NCBI RefSeq assembly: GCF_001194135.2
Contig: NC_068989.1
Coordinates: forward strand, 61,160,684-61,197,661
Reading direction: 5' to 3'
DNA: 36,978 nt
DNA from: Octopus bimaculoides
Lineage: Eukaryota
Under the pieces are notes generated by a model, which was not told the DNA's origin, made no database searches, and saw only the letters and a list, made by a program, of their open reading frames with translations. The position numbers and the translations under genes were made by a program. Below, in pieces: positions 36,397 through 36,978 of this stretch (positions are counted from its first letter, which is position 1; every line of letters begins with the position of its first letter).

Positions 36397-36486
36397 TATC
36401 TATCTATCTGTCTGTCTGTCTTGACTGACGTCTGTTTGTTTCACTGTCCATTTGTCTGTTTCACTGTCTACCTGTCTGTCAGTCTG

Positions 36487-36539
<53 letters not shown>

Positions 36540-36590
36540 TTGCCTGCCTGTCTCTCTACTTATCTATCTAGTTATCTCTATCTATCTATT
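36397..36590. repeat. (TATC)n/(TGTC)n degenerate microsatellite
   Basis: Read directly. Confidence 0.9.
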
Positions 36591-36653
36591 TGTATGACTA
36601 TCAATCTATCTAGCTTCCTCTATACAAACACACACATATATTTTTAAGCGTCA

Positions 36654-36656
<3 letters not shown>

Positions 36657-36703
<47 letters not shown>
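36657..36703. repeat. (GA)n microsatellite
   Basis: Read directly. Confidence 0.95.
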
Positions 36704-36709
<6 letters not shown>

Positions 36710-36942
36710 GGAGAAACATATAGAAAGCAAAAGAGAGAGAAAGAGAAAGAGAGCAGTATTAGTTCCAAATTCTGTGCATCAAAGGCACCACAACTTTTGT
36801 AGCTGATTGCGATATTGCACAATGCGCTGAATGAACGCGAATAAATGGTGTATAAATTGTTGGCGAATATTTCTTTGAATTGTTTGGCAATCGAATGCAC
36901 TCATGGCGGTTAAGTTTGTGATGTAGGGAATTGTTTTATATC

Positions 36943-36978
<36 letters not shown>

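Overview
AT-rich, microsatellite-dense eukaryotic DNA with several assembly gaps. The SINE, MITE and LINE families look cephalopod, most likely Octopus; this is inference from recalled repeat consensuses, not a database search. There is one host gene: an intronless 478-aa class A GPCR at 7555-8991 (+) with 5-HT1-type serotonin receptor signatures, preceded by a likely splice acceptor at 7342 and a 212-nt leader holding seven upstream ATGs. The rest is mostly transposon debris: three decayed mariner transposases, a mariner-derived MITE, two RTE-clade LINE relics, a CR1/L2-like RT fragment and about ten tRNA-derived SINE copies. The most interesting observation is two young, 5'-truncated copies of a Tx1/L1-type retrotransposon (29929-30577 minus; 35190-36396 plus). 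All four of their junctions abut (TATC)n on the element strand, which suggests a GATA-microsatellite-targeting LINE. No rRNA, true tRNA, CRISPR or prokaryotic features are supported. Most ORF-track entries are microsatellite or N-gap artefacts.
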